29,929 nucleotides of DNA from Candidatus Odinarchaeia archaeon (GCA_029856525.1 JAHQXC010000006.1:1-29929), one strand, 5' to 3'. Positions 7,379 through 17,143 are shown, counted from the first letter of the stretch. The notes: generated by a model not told the origin, from the letters alone. Translations and numbers: made by a program.

Positions 7379-7834
7379 ATGCCTACAGCATATGATGTAC
7401 CTGCTGACAGTCTTATAAGAGAACTCTCTACAAGGCTTAAAGAAGAATTTAAAGAAATAGAGGCTCCAGCATGGGCTCCATTCGTTAAAACATCTGTTAG
7501 CAAGGAGAGGGCTCCAGAAGATCCTGACTGGTGGTTTAAAAGATGCGCCTCTCTTCTCAGGAAAATCTATATCTACGGTCCTGTAGGTGTATCTAGGCTT
7601 AGAACAGCGTACGGTGGTAGACAGCATAGAGGTAAAAGCCCTGAAAGATTCGCTAAGGGAAGCGGCGCTATAATTAGAAACGCTCTCCAGCAATTAGAGA
7701 AAGCCGGTTTAGTTCAAAAAAACACTGGGGGAAGAAAAATCACAGATAAAGGCCGGTCTCTTATAGATAAAATAGCAAGTGAAATATTGAAGAAAACATA
7801 TAAGGTTTCGAGGAAAACATCCTCTAAGAAATAG
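7379..7834 (+). CDS. rps19e: 30S ribosomal protein S19e
   Basis: [46 protein letters not shown]. Confidence 0.97.
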   Translation: MPTAYDVPADSLIRELSTRLKEEFKEIEAPAWAPFVKTSVSKERAPEDPDWWFKRCASLLRKIYIYGPVGVSRLRTAYGGRQHRGKSPERFAKGSGAIIRNALQQLEKAGLVQKNTGGRKITDKGRSLIDKIASEILKKTYKVSRKTSSKK

Positions 7835-7847
7835 GCGGGTATGATAA

Positions 7848-8192
7848 GTGTCAGACGAGGAGCTTGAAGCTATTAGAAGGAAAAAGCTGCTCAGCCTACA
7901 GCAGCAGGCTGAAGCTGCTGCTATAAGAGAAGAAGAGCAAGCAGAGTATGAGAGACAGAAAGCTGAGATTCTAAGAAGAATCCTTAGCCCTGAAGCTAGA
8001 TCCCGTCTTACAAATATTAAGATGGTTAAACCTCAACTAGCTGAGCAGATAGAGCTTCAACTCATAAACCTAGCTCAAACAGGACAATTAACCAGAGCAG
8101 GTATAAGAATACCTATATCAGATGAAGATTTTAAAACGATCTTAGCTAGAATCCAAGCTAAGAAAAGAGATATAAATATAAGATTCAAATAA
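7848..8192 (+). CDS. PDCD5-like DNA-binding protein
   Basis: [14 protein letters not shown]...[21 protein letters not shown]; GTG start. Confidence 0.93.
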   Translation: MSDEELEAIRRKKLLSLQQQAEAAAIREEEQAEYERQKAEILRRILSPEARSRLTNIKMVKPQLAEQIELQLINLAQTGQLTRAGIRIPISDEDFKTILARIQAKKRDINIRFK

Positions 8193-8208
8193 AACAAGCG
8201 TGGTTAGT

Positions 8209-8364
8209 ATGGCGCGGAATAAGCCTTTAGGGAAGAAAATAAGATTAGGGCATGCGGGTGTAGAGAATAGCAGCGTCCCCACATGGGTTATAGTTAAAAC
8301 ACACGGTAAAGTTAGGAGAACTCCTAAAAGACGTAATTGGAGGAGAACGAATATTCAACCATAA
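8209..8364 (+). CDS. rpl39e: 50S ribosomal protein L39e (not in supplied ORF track)
   Basis: Manual translation [51 protein letters not shown] (51 aa); canonical position before L31e. Confidence 0.96.
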   Translation: MARNKPLGKKIRLGHAGVENSSVPTWVIVKTHGKVRRTPKRRNWRRTNIQP

Positions 8365-8378
8365 AGTAGGTGTTAGAT

Positions 8379-8672
8379 ATGTCTGCTGAAAGTAAAACAC
8401 AGGCGTCAGAGATGGAGATAGTTGAGGAGAGAGTCTACACGGTTCCTTTAAAGGATGTTAAGAAAGCTCCTACCGGTAAAAGAAGTAATAAAGCAATTAG
8501 AATACTCCGGGAATTCATCGCTAAACATATGAAAACTGAGAGTGTGATAATCAACCCGGAGGTTAACGAAAGAATATGGATGAGGGGCATAGAGAAGCCT
8601 CCACGTAAGATAAAAGTTAAAGCGTTAAAGGATAGGGAAGGCGCGGTGGAGGTTATCTTAGCGGAGGAGTAG
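8379..8672 (+). CDS. rpl31e: 50S ribosomal protein L31e
   Basis: [43 protein letters not shown] 8379 preferred; the ORF opens at GTG 8370. Confidence 0.96.
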   Translation: MSAESKTQASEMEIVEERVYTVPLKDVKKAPTGKRSNKAIRILREFIAKHMKTESVIINPEVNERIWMRGIEKPPRKIKVKALKDREGAVEVILAEE

Positions 8673-8674
8673 TT

Positions 8675-9343
8675 TTGCCCATCATCCTCCTAGATCTTTT
8701 CGGCACAAGTAACTTAGGGATATTCGGCTTCGCCACCGATAAATATGCTGTTGTAAGAAAGGATATAGGGGAGAACGTGAAAGCGAAGCTTAGCGAAGTG
8801 TTAAAAGTAGAAGTTGTGTTAACTGATATAGGGCAAAGCTTTTTAGTAGGAGTGCTTGCAACCGGTAATTCTAACGGGATAATTCTACCTGAATTCGCAA
8901 CTGAAACAGAAATAAAAATTTTAAAAGAAAAACTGGATGTAGAGGTGGGAGTTGTCCCAGGCTTGTTAACATGCCTAGGTAACAACGTTCTCTGTAATGA
9001 TAAATGCTCTATAATTCACCCAGATTTTACTAAGGAAGCGGAAAAAGTTATAGAAGATACTCTTAAAGTCGAGGTTATTAGAGGTCGTATAGGAGCGCAG
9101 CCGATAGTGGGTTCACTGGGTGTTGCTACAAATAAAGGCGCGATAGTCAGCCCTGATATAAGTGAAGAACAGCTTAAAACATATCAGGAAGCTTTGAAAG
9201 TCCCGGTGAACACCGGTACAACCAACTCTGGAAATTATTATGTAAAATCAGGGTTAATAGCTAACTCTAATGGAGCGATCGCGGGTGGTAAGACCACAGG
9301 GCCTGAGCTTATTAGAATTGAAGAAATATTAAACCTACAGTAA
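8675..9343 (+). CDS. eif6: Translation initiation factor 6 (aIF6)
   Basis: NLGIFGFATDKY, GNSNGIILP, GNNVLCND, VGSLGVATNKG, GTTNSG, SGLIANSNG, TTGPEL. Confidence 0.96.
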   Translation: MPIILLDLFGTSNLGIFGFATDKYAVVRKDIGENVKAKLSEVLKVEVVLTDIGQSFLVGVLATGNSNGIILPEFATETEIKILKEKLDVEVGVVPGLLTCLGNNVLCNDKCSIIHPDFTKEAEKVIEDTLKVEVIRGRIGAQPIVGSLGVATNKGAIVSPDISEEQLKTYQEALKVPVNTGTTNSGNYYVKSGLIANSNGAIAGGKTTGPELIRIEEILNLQ

Positions 9344-9399
9344 AAACTTTATTAAATGTGGAATTAAATAAGTATCCCCTATCATAGAAGGTGTATATT

Positions 9400-9819
9400 A
9401 TGAGTGAAGAGGAGCTTAGAAGAACAGCCGCTGAGTATGAATTATATGCTAATCAACTAGAACAGCTTGAGCGAAGAATTGAATTAGTTCAGAACAGTAT
9501 AAATGAAATGGAGCTTACTAAAACCACGTTAGAGGCTTTAAAAAACCGTAAAAATGAAGAGGAATTCCTATCCCCTATCGGCTCAAACTCATTTATAAAA
9601 GCTAAGTTTCTCGATACTAGCAAAGTACTAATGGGACTTGGAGCGAATATCGTAGCCGAGGTTACAGTAGATTACGCTATAGAAGAGTTGACTAAAAGGA
9701 AAACCGAGTTTCAGAAATTATACATCAACCTCAAAAATCAAATGGACCAGTTGAAAGTTAAATTTAACGCTGTGAAAACTAAACTGGAACAACAGTACCT
9801 GGAATCCAGGCAAAAATAG
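9400..9819 (+). CDS. pfdA: Prefoldin subunit alpha
   Basis: Two coiled coils flanking LSPIGSNSFIKAK...VLMGLGANIVAE; SD-like GAAGGTG favours ATG 9400. Confidence 0.93.
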   Translation: MSEEELRRTAAEYELYANQLEQLERRIELVQNSINEMELTKTTLEALKNRKNEEEFLSPIGSNSFIKAKFLDTSKVLMGLGANIVAEVTVDYAIEELTKRKTEFQKLYINLKNQMDQLKVKFNAVKTKLEQQYLESRQK

Positions 9820-9829
9820 GTGCCTGCGA

Positions 9830-10738
9830 ATGCTAGATAAAATAAAACAGGGTTTAAAAAAGTTTGTAGAGATAGTTTCAACTAAAACTATAACTGAGAA
9901 AAAAGTCGAGGATGCATTATGGGAGCTGAAACTTCAGTTAATCAGCAGCGATGTTTCGGTAATTGTAGCTGATAAGATATCGGAAGAAGTTAAAAAGAGT
10001 CTGGTCGGAGCTAAAATAGGGTTATTAGAAGATGTGAAAGAGATTATAAAAAAGTCTCTGCGGAAGGCTATCGAAGATGTCCTACAAGTTAACATAACCA
10101 GTAAAATCGATTTAATAGATGAGATTAAAAATAAGAAAAATAAGCCTTATATAATAGCTTTAGTTGGAGTTAACGGTGTTGGTAAAACTCTTACAGCTGC
10201 TAAAATAGCTTACCTGTTAAAAAATAAGGGGTTAAATTGTATTCTAGCCGCAAGCGACACTTTCAGAGCTGGAAGCATAGAACAGCTAGAGAAGCATGCT
10301 AACAATTTAAACGTAAAGGTTATAAAACAAGGATACGGTTCAGACGCTGCGGCTGTAGCCTATGATGCTGTAAACTACGCTAGAGCTAGAAACATCGATG
10401 CGGTGATAATAGACACCGCTGGAAGAGTTCAAACAGATAAGAATCTTATGGAAGAGGTTAAAAAAATAGTGAGAGTCGTTGAACCTGATCTTAAAATATT
10501 CATAGGAGACGCGCTCACCGGAAATGATATGCTACGCCAAGCTGAAGAGTTTAACAACAGCTTGAGAATAGACGGGTCTATACTGACTAAAGTCGACGCC
10601 GACGTTAAAGGAGGCGCGGCGCTTTCAATCTCATATGTAACCAAGAAACCGATACTATTTATCGGGGTTGGCGGAGGATACCAGGATTTAGAAGAATTTG
10701 ACGTTAACAAATTTATAGAAATACTTATGCCAAATTAA
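9830..10738 (+). CDS. ftsY: Signal recognition particle receptor FtsY
   Basis: GVNGVGKT, DTFRAGSIEQL, DTAGR, TKVDADVKGG; short N terminus without an acidic A domain. Confidence 0.97.
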   Translation: MLDKIKQGLKKFVEIVSTKTITEKKVEDALWELKLQLISSDVSVIVADKISEEVKKSLVGAKIGLLEDVKEIIKKSLRKAIEDVLQVNITSKIDLIDEIKNKKNKPYIIALVGVNGVGKTLTAAKIAYLLKNKGLNCILAASDTFRAGSIEQLEKHANNLNVKVIKQGYGSDAAAVAYDAVNYARARNIDAVIIDTAGRVQTDKNLMEEVKKIVRVVEPDLKIFIGDALTGNDMLRQAEEFNNSLRIDGSILTKVDADVKGGAALSISYVTKKPILFIGVGGGYQDLEEFDVNKFIEILMPN

Positions 10739-10765
10739 TTATAAAACAGATATGGAGAATTAGAA

Positions 10766-11671
10766 ATGAATTTTAAAGGCAGACACCTACTCTCATTAAA
10801 AGACTTCACGAGAGAGGAAATATTAAAAATAATTGAAACATCTATTAAAGAAAAATATAAAATTGAAGATATTTTAAAAGGTAAAACAATCGGCCTCCTA
10901 TTCCAGAAACCTTCCACGAGAACGAGAATCTCTTTTGAAGTAGCCGTCAACCAGCTTGGAGGACGCAGCATATATATGAATTGGAGTGAGCTGCAACTTA
11001 GTAGAAAAGAGAGTTTAAAAGACACCGCCATGGTTTTAAGCAGATATTTAAATGGATTAGTGGCTAGATTATTCAAACACGAAGATCTTCTAGAAATAGC
11101 GGAATACTCTAAAATACCTGTGATTAATGGATTAACAGACTTATATCACCCATGCCAGATTTTAGGTGATCTACAAACTATAATAGAGAAAAAAGGGGAT
11201 TTGAAAAAACAGAAAATAGTGTTCATCGGTGACGGCAATAATGTGTCGAACTCTCTTCTAATCGCTTCAAGCATACTAGGATTGAAAACAAGTCTTATAT
11301 GTCCTAAAGGATATGAAACCCCGGCGCATGTTTTAAACATAGTTAAAAATAATGCTAGAGTTTCGAATGCTAAAATTACAATAACAAATGATCTCAGTGA
11401 AGTTGAAGGAGCTACAGTTATCTACACGGATGTTTGGGTAAGCATGGGACAAGAGGAGGAGGCGTCTAAACGATTAAGAGACTTCGCGGATTATAAAGTA
11501 ACTGAAGACGTTGTTAAAAAAGCAGCCCCAGACTATATTTTCATGCATTGCCTGCCCAGAACAGAGCACGAGGTCTCCGATAATATCTTCTATGGTGAAC
11601 ATTCGGTTGTATGGGATCAAGCGGAGAATAGGTTACATGTTCAAAAAGCTATTCTAAAATTATTAATTTAA
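10766..11671 (+). CDS. argF: Ornithine carbamoyltransferase
   Basis: FQKPSTRTR, HPCQ, GDGNN, YTDVWVSMGQE, MHCLP, QAENRLH. Confidence 0.95.
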   Translation: MNFKGRHLLSLKDFTREEILKIIETSIKEKYKIEDILKGKTIGLLFQKPSTRTRISFEVAVNQLGGRSIYMNWSELQLSRKESLKDTAMVLSRYLNGLVARLFKHEDLLEIAEYSKIPVINGLTDLYHPCQILGDLQTIIEKKGDLKKQKIVFIGDGNNVSNSLLIASSILGLKTSLICPKGYETPAHVLNIVKNNARVSNAKITITNDLSEVEGATVIYTDVWVSMGQEEEASKRLRDFADYKVTEDVVKKAAPDYIFMHCLPRTEHEVSDNIFYGEHSVVWDQAENRLHVQKAILKLLI

Positions 11672-11683
11672 AGAGGATTAAGT

Positions 11684-12511
11684 TTGGATGCCATAGTATA
11701 TTCGCGTAATGATCCTGCGGGGGTTAACATAGCTTCAAAACTTAGAGAGAAACTTAAATTTGAAAGAACAGAGGTTCAATGTGAAGGAGCGATAATTGAA
11801 GAAGGGCTAGTTAATAATAGATTAGTTTTATTAATTGAAATAGATGGGAGCATCGTAAATTTTCAAATACCAAAACTTATTGAGAATGCGAACACAGTTA
11901 TTTGCGCTTCTAAACACGCAAGCCAGACAGGGATACCGGTTTTAACCACGCATACTCCTGGTAATTTTTCGACAGCTGATTTCGGAGGGAAACCTGAAAA
12001 ACTTTCAATATCGAATCCATACGGGATGAAGATAGCGCTTAAAAAAATGAGTGAGTTAAAAAATAAATTTGCAAAAAAGTATCAGGTCAGCTACGAAGTT
12101 ACCCATCACGGTCCAACTTTCGATAAGCCTGTTATGTTTATAGAAGTAGGGGGTTCACCTGAGCAGTGGGCTGATATTGAAGCAGCAGATATAGCCTCTC
12201 AAGCTATTATAGAAGTGGTCTCCTCTCAAATAAAGCATGGAGATGTTTCTATAGGCGTAGGCGGCGGACACTACGCTCCGGCGTTCACTAAAATAGCGCT
12301 TGAAACCGATCTTGCTATAGGCCATATTATCCCAAAGTATAAATTAGCTGAGCTTAAAAAAGAAGTATTCATTAAAACAGTTGAATCAAACCTTGGATTT
12401 TGTAAAAAAATAATCATCGATTGGAATGGAACTCCCGGTCGAATTCGCAGCGAGATAATTAACTGGAGTCGAGGATTAGGCTTAGAGGTTCTGAAAACAA
12501 GCGATATATAG
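11684..12511 (+). CDS. dtdA: D-aminoacyl-tRNA deacylase (archaeal DTD2 type)
   Basis: SKHAS, THTPGNF, YEVTHHGPT, FIEVGGS, GGGHYAP, HIIPKY. Confidence 0.93.
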   Translation: MDAIVYSRNDPAGVNIASKLREKLKFERTEVQCEGAIIEEGLVNNRLVLLIEIDGSIVNFQIPKLIENANTVICASKHASQTGIPVLTTHTPGNFSTADFGGKPEKLSISNPYGMKIALKKMSELKNKFAKKYQVSYEVTHHGPTFDKPVMFIEVGGSPEQWADIEAADIASQAIIEVVSSQIKHGDVSIGVGGGHYAPAFTKIALETDLAIGHIIPKYKLAELKKEVFIKTVESNLGFCKKIIIDWNGTPGRIRSEIINWSRGLGLEVLKTSDI

Positions 12512-12541
12512 CTTCTAAAACTATTCGAAAATAAAAATTCT

Positions 12542-12556
12542 AAAAAGTTATAAATA
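12542..12556 (+). promoter_or_regulatory. Putative BRE-TATA promoter of the ftsZ-secE-spt5 unit
   Basis: AAAAAG-TTATAAATA about 65 nt upstream of the ftsZ ATG; sequence match only. Confidence 0.45.
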
Positions 12557-12621
12557 AATCAAACAATATTAATAATTAAAAAACCGACTTAAATCCAATT
12601 AATATTAATAAGAGGATTTAT

Positions 12622-13710
12622 ATGCGTACATTAATAAAATCAGCGCTAAGTAAAGCCAGAGTTGAAGATTATACTAAAGAAGACAGTGAAATTGAAAACA
12701 CACTGAGAGAGGCTAAAGCTAAAATAACCGTGATAGGAGTCGGAGGCGCTGGAAATAACACTATTACAAGACTTAAAATGGATGGGATAGAAGGCGCCAA
12801 CACAGTCGCGGTTAATACAGACGCACAGGCGCTTTTACACACTATATCAGATCAGAAAATACTTTTAGGCAAACAGTTAACAAAAGGCCTAGGAGCTGGT
12901 AACGATCCTAAAATCGGGGAAGCCGCAGCTAAAGAAGCTATTGAAGAATTAAGAGAAGTTGTAAAATCAGATATGGTTTTTATAACATGCGGGCTAGGAG
13001 GGGGGACAGGTACAGGAGCCGCACCTATTATAGCGGAGTTAGCTAAAGAAGAGAAAGCGCTAACAGTTAGCATTGTAACATTACCTTTCAAAGCGGAGGG
13101 TGTTAAAAGAGAGGCTAACGCCCGTTCAGGGCTAGAGCAACTTCTCAAAGTATCCGACAGCGTGATAGTAATACCTAATGATAAAATACTTGAAATCGCT
13201 CCTGAGCTATCTTTAACTGAGGCTTTCAGACTAGCTGATGAAATACTTATTGGAGGGGTTAAAGGAATAACAGAACTTATTTTTAAACCAGGCTTAATAA
13301 ATTTAGATTTCGCTGATGTGAGAAAAGTTATGAATAACAGGGGGACCGCTATAATTGGAATGGCGGAGTCTACTTCAAATAACAGCGCCGTCGAGGCTGT
13401 TGAGTTAGCTATTAGTAATCCGCTTTTAGACGTTGACGTAAGCCAAGCTTCAGCTGCCCTAATAAACTTATGCGGGGGCCCTAATCTAACCATAAAACAT
13501 GCAGAGGAGGCTATAAGATGCGTGGCTAAGAAGATCAGAGAAGACGCTGAAATAATATGGGGTGTTATAATAGACGAGGAGATGAATAAAATGACAAGAG
13601 CCACGGTTATACTCTCAGGGTTGCAAACAAGACAAAATCTAATGGACACCATGCAAGTAGACAAAAAAGTTATTAATAAGAGTGTAAAATTAGCCTTAGA
13701 AGAATTATAA
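12622..13710 (+). CDS. ftsZ: Cell division GTPase FtsZ (FtsZ1-type context)
   Basis: GVGGAGNN, NTDAQAL, GLGAG, tubulin signature GLGGGTGTG, T7 loop INLDFADV. Confidence 0.97.
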   Translation: MRTLIKSALSKARVEDYTKEDSEIENTLREAKAKITVIGVGGAGNNTITRLKMDGIEGANTVAVNTDAQALLHTISDQKILLGKQLTKGLGAGNDPKIGEAAAKEAIEELREVVKSDMVFITCGLGGGTGTGAAPIIAELAKEEKALTVSIVTLPFKAEGVKREANARSGLEQLLKVSDSVIVIPNDKILEIAPELSLTEAFRLADEILIGGVKGITELIFKPGLINLDFADVRKVMNNRGTAIIGMAESTSNNSAVEAVELAISNPLLDVDVSQASAALINLCGGPNLTIKHAEEAIRCVAKKIREDAEIIWGVIIDEEMNKMTRATVILSGLQTRQNLMDTMQVDKKVINKSVKLALEEL

Positions 13711-13728
13711 CCTGAGAGGTTAACCGAG

Positions 13729-13899
13729 TTGAATATATCAGAATTCATTCAAAAAACTAAAAGGATACTCTATCTTTCTAAAAAACCGAGTAGAAGAGAA
13801 GTAAGATACGGGCTTCAAATGAATCTGTTAGCCATAGTGCTGCTAGGCTTAGTAACATTTATAATAAGAATCTTATTCTGGGTAATCACCGGTTTATAA
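13729..13899 (+). CDS. secE: Protein translocase SecE/Sec61-gamma (not in supplied ORF track)
   Basis: Manual translation from TTG: MNISEFIQKTKRILYLSKKPSRREVRYGLQMNLLAIVLLGLVTFIIRILFWVITGL (RIL..SKKP motif plus one TM); lies between ftsZ and spt5. Confidence 0.92.
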   Translation: MNISEFIQKTKRILYLSKKPSRREVRYGLQMNLLAIVLLGLVTFIIRILFWVITGL

Positions 13900-13913
13900 A
13901 GGAAGTATCTAAA

Positions 13914-14408
13914 ATGAGTCTTAAAAAAGAGAAAACCACTATCTACGCTGTGAGAACGATAATAGGACAGGAGAGCACAGTCGCTGAACTCATAGATACG
14001 AAAGCTAAAACAATGGGTGTAACTCTACCGGCTATTCTATTTTCAGAATCGTTGAAAGGATATGTTTTCATAGAGGCGAAGGATAAAGAGCAGGTAGATA
14101 ACATTATAACCGGGGTACCGCATATACGCGGTAAAAGCCTTGGCAAAGTAGACATAAAAGAGATTGAACATGTACTCGTGAAACGCCCTCCTACAGAAGG
14201 ATTGGAGCCTGGTGATACAGTGGAAGTAATAGGCGGACCGTTTAAAGGAGAGAAAGCTAAAGTTACACGTATAGATGCAGCTAAATCAGAGGTTATTTTA
14301 GAGCTGCTTGAATCAACATACCCTATACCTATAAAAGTTCACGCGGATTATGTTAGAGTAATTGAAAAAAGTAGCTCAGAGAACAGCTCTGAAAGCTTCG
14401 AGCAATAG
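13914..14408 (+). CDS. spt5: Transcription elongation factor Spt5 (NusG)
   Basis: NGN domain (IYAVRTIIGQE, LKGYVFIE) plus KOW (GDTVEVIGGPFKGEKAKV). Confidence 0.96.
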   Translation: MSLKKEKTTIYAVRTIIGQESTVAELIDTKAKTMGVTLPAILFSESLKGYVFIEAKDKEQVDNIITGVPHIRGKSLGKVDIKEIEHVLVKRPPTEGLEPGDTVEVIGGPFKGEKAKVTRIDAAKSEVILELLESTYPIPIKVHADYVRVIEKSSSENSSESFEQ

Positions 14409-14503
14409 ACTCCGAAAAATAAATAAACCCTTTAATCATTAAGGTGAATTCCATCTATTAACTCATATTGATTTGAGATAAAAATTAACTGGTGAGTGAG
14501 AGT

Positions 14504-14983
14504 ATGGGTGTTAAAACAATAGAAGCGCTTGTAGACGGCGGTAAAGCTAGCGCCGGCCCGCCTATAGGGCCAGCTTTAGGCCCAACAGGCGTAAACGTGC
14601 TTCAAGTGGTTAAAAAAATAAATGAGTTAACCGAGCCTTTCGCCGGTTTAAAGGTCCCGGTTAAAATACATGTAAACGATGAAACTAAAACGTTCGAAAT
14701 AGAAGTTGGGACACCGCCCGCTTCAGCGCTAATCATAAAGGCGATAGGTAAAGAGAAGGGCAGCCAGAAACCGAAAAACGAGACTATAGGCGATATAAGC
14801 TTAGAGAAAATAATAGAGATAGCTAAAGCTAAAATGCCTAGCCTATTATGTGAAAGCTTAAAGTCGGCGGTTAAAACAATTCTGGGTACATGTGTTAGCA
14901 TCGGCGTTACAGTAAACGGTGTCAGCCCTAAACAAATAATTAAAAAAATAAATGACGGTGAATTTGATAGCCTACTAAAATAA
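14504..14983 (+). CDS. rpl11: 50S ribosomal protein L11 (uL11)
   Basis: GGKASAGPPIGPALGP, VPVKI, VGTPPASALI, GTCVSIG. ATG 14504 follows SD GGTGAG; the ORF opens at 14492. Confidence 0.97.
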   Translation: MGVKTIEALVDGGKASAGPPIGPALGPTGVNVLQVVKKINELTEPFAGLKVPVKIHVNDETKTFEIEVGTPPASALIIKAIGKEKGSQKPKNETIGDISLEKIIEIAKAKMPSLLCESLKSAVKTILGTCVSIGVTVNGVSPKQIIKKINDGEFDSLLK

Positions 14984-15073
14984 AAAAGAATGGTTTAAAT
15001 ACCGGTATAATTTTTAGATAAACGCCTTAACTATACTGCGAGTTAAGGTTTGGTTAAAGCAGGAGGGTTATTC

Positions 15074-15751
15074 ATGCCCGTTGATAAAAAAGATCTTGAA
15101 CCTTTCATTAAAGAAGCTTTAATTAAAGCTAAGAAAAGAAATTTTTTAGAGTCAGTAGACTTAACGATTAATTTTAAAGGATTAGACATGAAGAAACCTG
15201 AAAATAGGATAGAAGCGGATTTAGCTCTTCCGAATCAGGTACGCCGCTCACCTAAAATATGCGTTATCGCGACAGGCGATTTAGCTGTAGCGGCTAAAGA
15301 GGCTGGAGTTAACTTAGTATTAGGTAAAGAAGACTTAGAGAAATTTGGAGTGAATAAGAAAGAGGCTAGAAAAGTAGCAGCCGAAAACGATTTCTTCATA
15401 GCTCAAGCTGATCTAATGCCGCTTGTAGGTAGATTCCTAGGCCCTTCAATAGCCCCTAAAGGTAAAATGCCGAAACCTGGAACGGGTATAATCACACCTG
15501 GTACTAATATTAAATCGATAATAGAAAAATTAAGCAAAACAGTTAGGATAAACATGAAAAAAGACCCGATAGTACACGTGAAAATAGGCGACCGGGAGAT
15601 GAGCGAGGGGCATCTAGCTGAGAATGCGGCGGCTATTATCAACTTTATAGAAGGGAAACTAGAGCGAGGTAAACAAAATATTAAAAGCGTATTCGTGAAA
15701 ACCACAATGGGGGAGCCGGTTAAAATAGAGATAGGAGGAGTTAAAAAATGA
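15074..15751 (+). CDS. rpl1: 50S ribosomal protein L1 (uL1)
   Basis: KRNFLESVDL, GRFLGP...KGKMPKP, HVKIG, KTTMG. ATG 15074 follows AGGAGGG; the ORF opens at 15050. Confidence 0.97.
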   Translation: MPVDKKDLEPFIKEALIKAKKRNFLESVDLTINFKGLDMKKPENRIEADLALPNQVRRSPKICVIATGDLAVAAKEAGVNLVLGKEDLEKFGVNKKEARKVAAENDFFIAQADLMPLVGRFLGPSIAPKGKMPKPGTGIITPGTNIKSIIEKLSKTVRINMKKDPIVHVKIGDREMSEGHLAENAAAIINFIEGKLERGKQNIKSVFVKTTMGEPVKIEIGGVKK

Positions 15752-16623
15752 GCGCAGTTATCAAGCAGAGACCAGCCTTAGAAAGAAAAAAGAGCATTGT
15801 TCAAGAGCTGATAAAGCTCATCAATAAATATAATATAATAGGCTTAATAAAAATGGAGAATATCGGTTTAAAACAAGTGCAAAATATAAAAAAGAAGCTT
15901 AAAGGCCTAGCTGTTATTAAAATGGCGAAGAACAGTAGTATTAGACTAGCCTTAGTAAACAGCGGTAAGCCTGGTTTAGATAAACTAGCTGAATATATTA
16001 AAGGACCGACTGCTCTTATATTCTCTGAAATCAGCAGTTTTAAGCTTATGAAGATTATTAAAGAAAATAAAACTAAATCTTATGCAAAAGCTGGAATGAA
16101 AGCTGAAACAGATATCGTCATCCCCGCGGGTAATACGGGATTTCAACCCGGACCTATGATCACAGAACTCAACGAGCTGGGATTGAAAACTAAAATAGTA
16201 TCAGGGAGCATATGGATAGCCCAGGATACCACTGTTGTTAAAGCCGGAGAGGAGATAAGTAGAAAGATAGCGTTACTACTCACTAAACTAAATATCCAGC
16301 CGATAAGTGTAGGATTAGATTTAACCGCGGTCTTCGATAATGGGATAATCCTTGAAAAAACCGATCTAGATATAGATGTTGAAGATATTAAAAATAAGAT
16401 TAAACAAGCGTATACCACCACTTATAATCTATCAGTGAATATAGCTTATCCAATAAAAGAGAATATAACACAGTTAATCACTAAAGCGTACATGGAAGCC
16501 TATAATCTATCGAGAAACACGAAGCTTATACTACCGGAGACTCTGGGAGAACTATTATTAACCGCTCAAAACGAAGCTAATACATTATATAATGCTCTCA
16601 AAGAGAGAAATCCTAATATATAA
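15748..16623 (+). CDS. rpl10: 50S ribosomal protein L10 / P0 (uL10), lacking the C-terminal acidic tail
   Basis: KMAKN, AKAG, IPAGNTGFQPGPMI, archaeal/eukaryotic insertion domain and three spine-like helices; ATGA overlap with rpl1. Confidence 0.96.
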   Translation: MSAVIKQRPALERKKSIVQELIKLINKYNIIGLIKMENIGLKQVQNIKKKLKGLAVIKMAKNSSIRLALVNSGKPGLDKLAEYIKGPTALIFSEISSFKLMKIIKENKTKSYAKAGMKAETDIVIPAGNTGFQPGPMITELNELGLKTKIVSGSIWIAQDTTVVKAGEEISRKIALLLTKLNIQPISVGLDLTAVFDNGIILEKTDLDIDVEDIKNKIKQAYTTTYNLSVNIAYPIKENITQLITKAYMEAYNLSRNTKLILPETLGELLLTAQNEANTLYNALKERNPNI

Positions 16624-16655
16624 AACTAGAAAAATTAAATTTGGAGGTGCAATAA

Positions 16656-16973
16656 ATGGAAACCGTATACGCCGCGATGCTACTCCACAAAGCAGGTCAA
16701 AAGATAACCGAGGAAAACCTTGGTAACGTGTTAAAAGCTGCAGGCGCTAAAGTCGAGGATGTTAAAGTTAAAGCCCTCGTAGCAGCGCTTGAAGGCGTAA
16801 ACATAGATGAAGTTATCAGTAAAGCAGCGTTCACCACTGTTGCAGCACCTGTAGCTGCAGCCCCACAGGAAGCTGAAACAAAAACAAAGGAAGCTAAGCC
16901 TGCTAAGAAGGAGGAGGAAGAGAAGAAAGCTGAGGAAGAGGTTACAGCCGGGTTAGGGGCTTTATTCGGCTAA
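16656..16973 (+). CDS. rpl12: 50S ribosomal stalk protein L12 (aP1)
   Basis: [11 protein letters not shown]...Ala-rich hinge...[13 protein letters not shown]. Confidence 0.97.
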   Translation: METVYAAMLLHKAGQKITEENLGNVLKAAGAKVEDVKVKALVAALEGVNIDEVISKAAFTTVAAPVAAAPQEAETKTKEAKPAKKEEEEKKAEEEVTAGLGALFG

Positions 16974-17143
16974 CCGCTTCTTTTCTACTTAAAAATTTTA
17001 AATACAAGCCTCTTATTTTATTATCTCTACAAATAAGATTAGAGTTAGTTTAAAGAGTAGATGACTCTATAAGAATATTAAACCTCAGAAATATGTGATA
17101 TAGAACCCCGCAATTTAAGACCTGTAAACAGGATGGAATATAC

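Noticed and set aside
12852-13748. 298-aa antisense ORF
   Set aside because: Shadow frame of the highly conserved ftsZ; Ser/Ile-rich with no recognisable motif.
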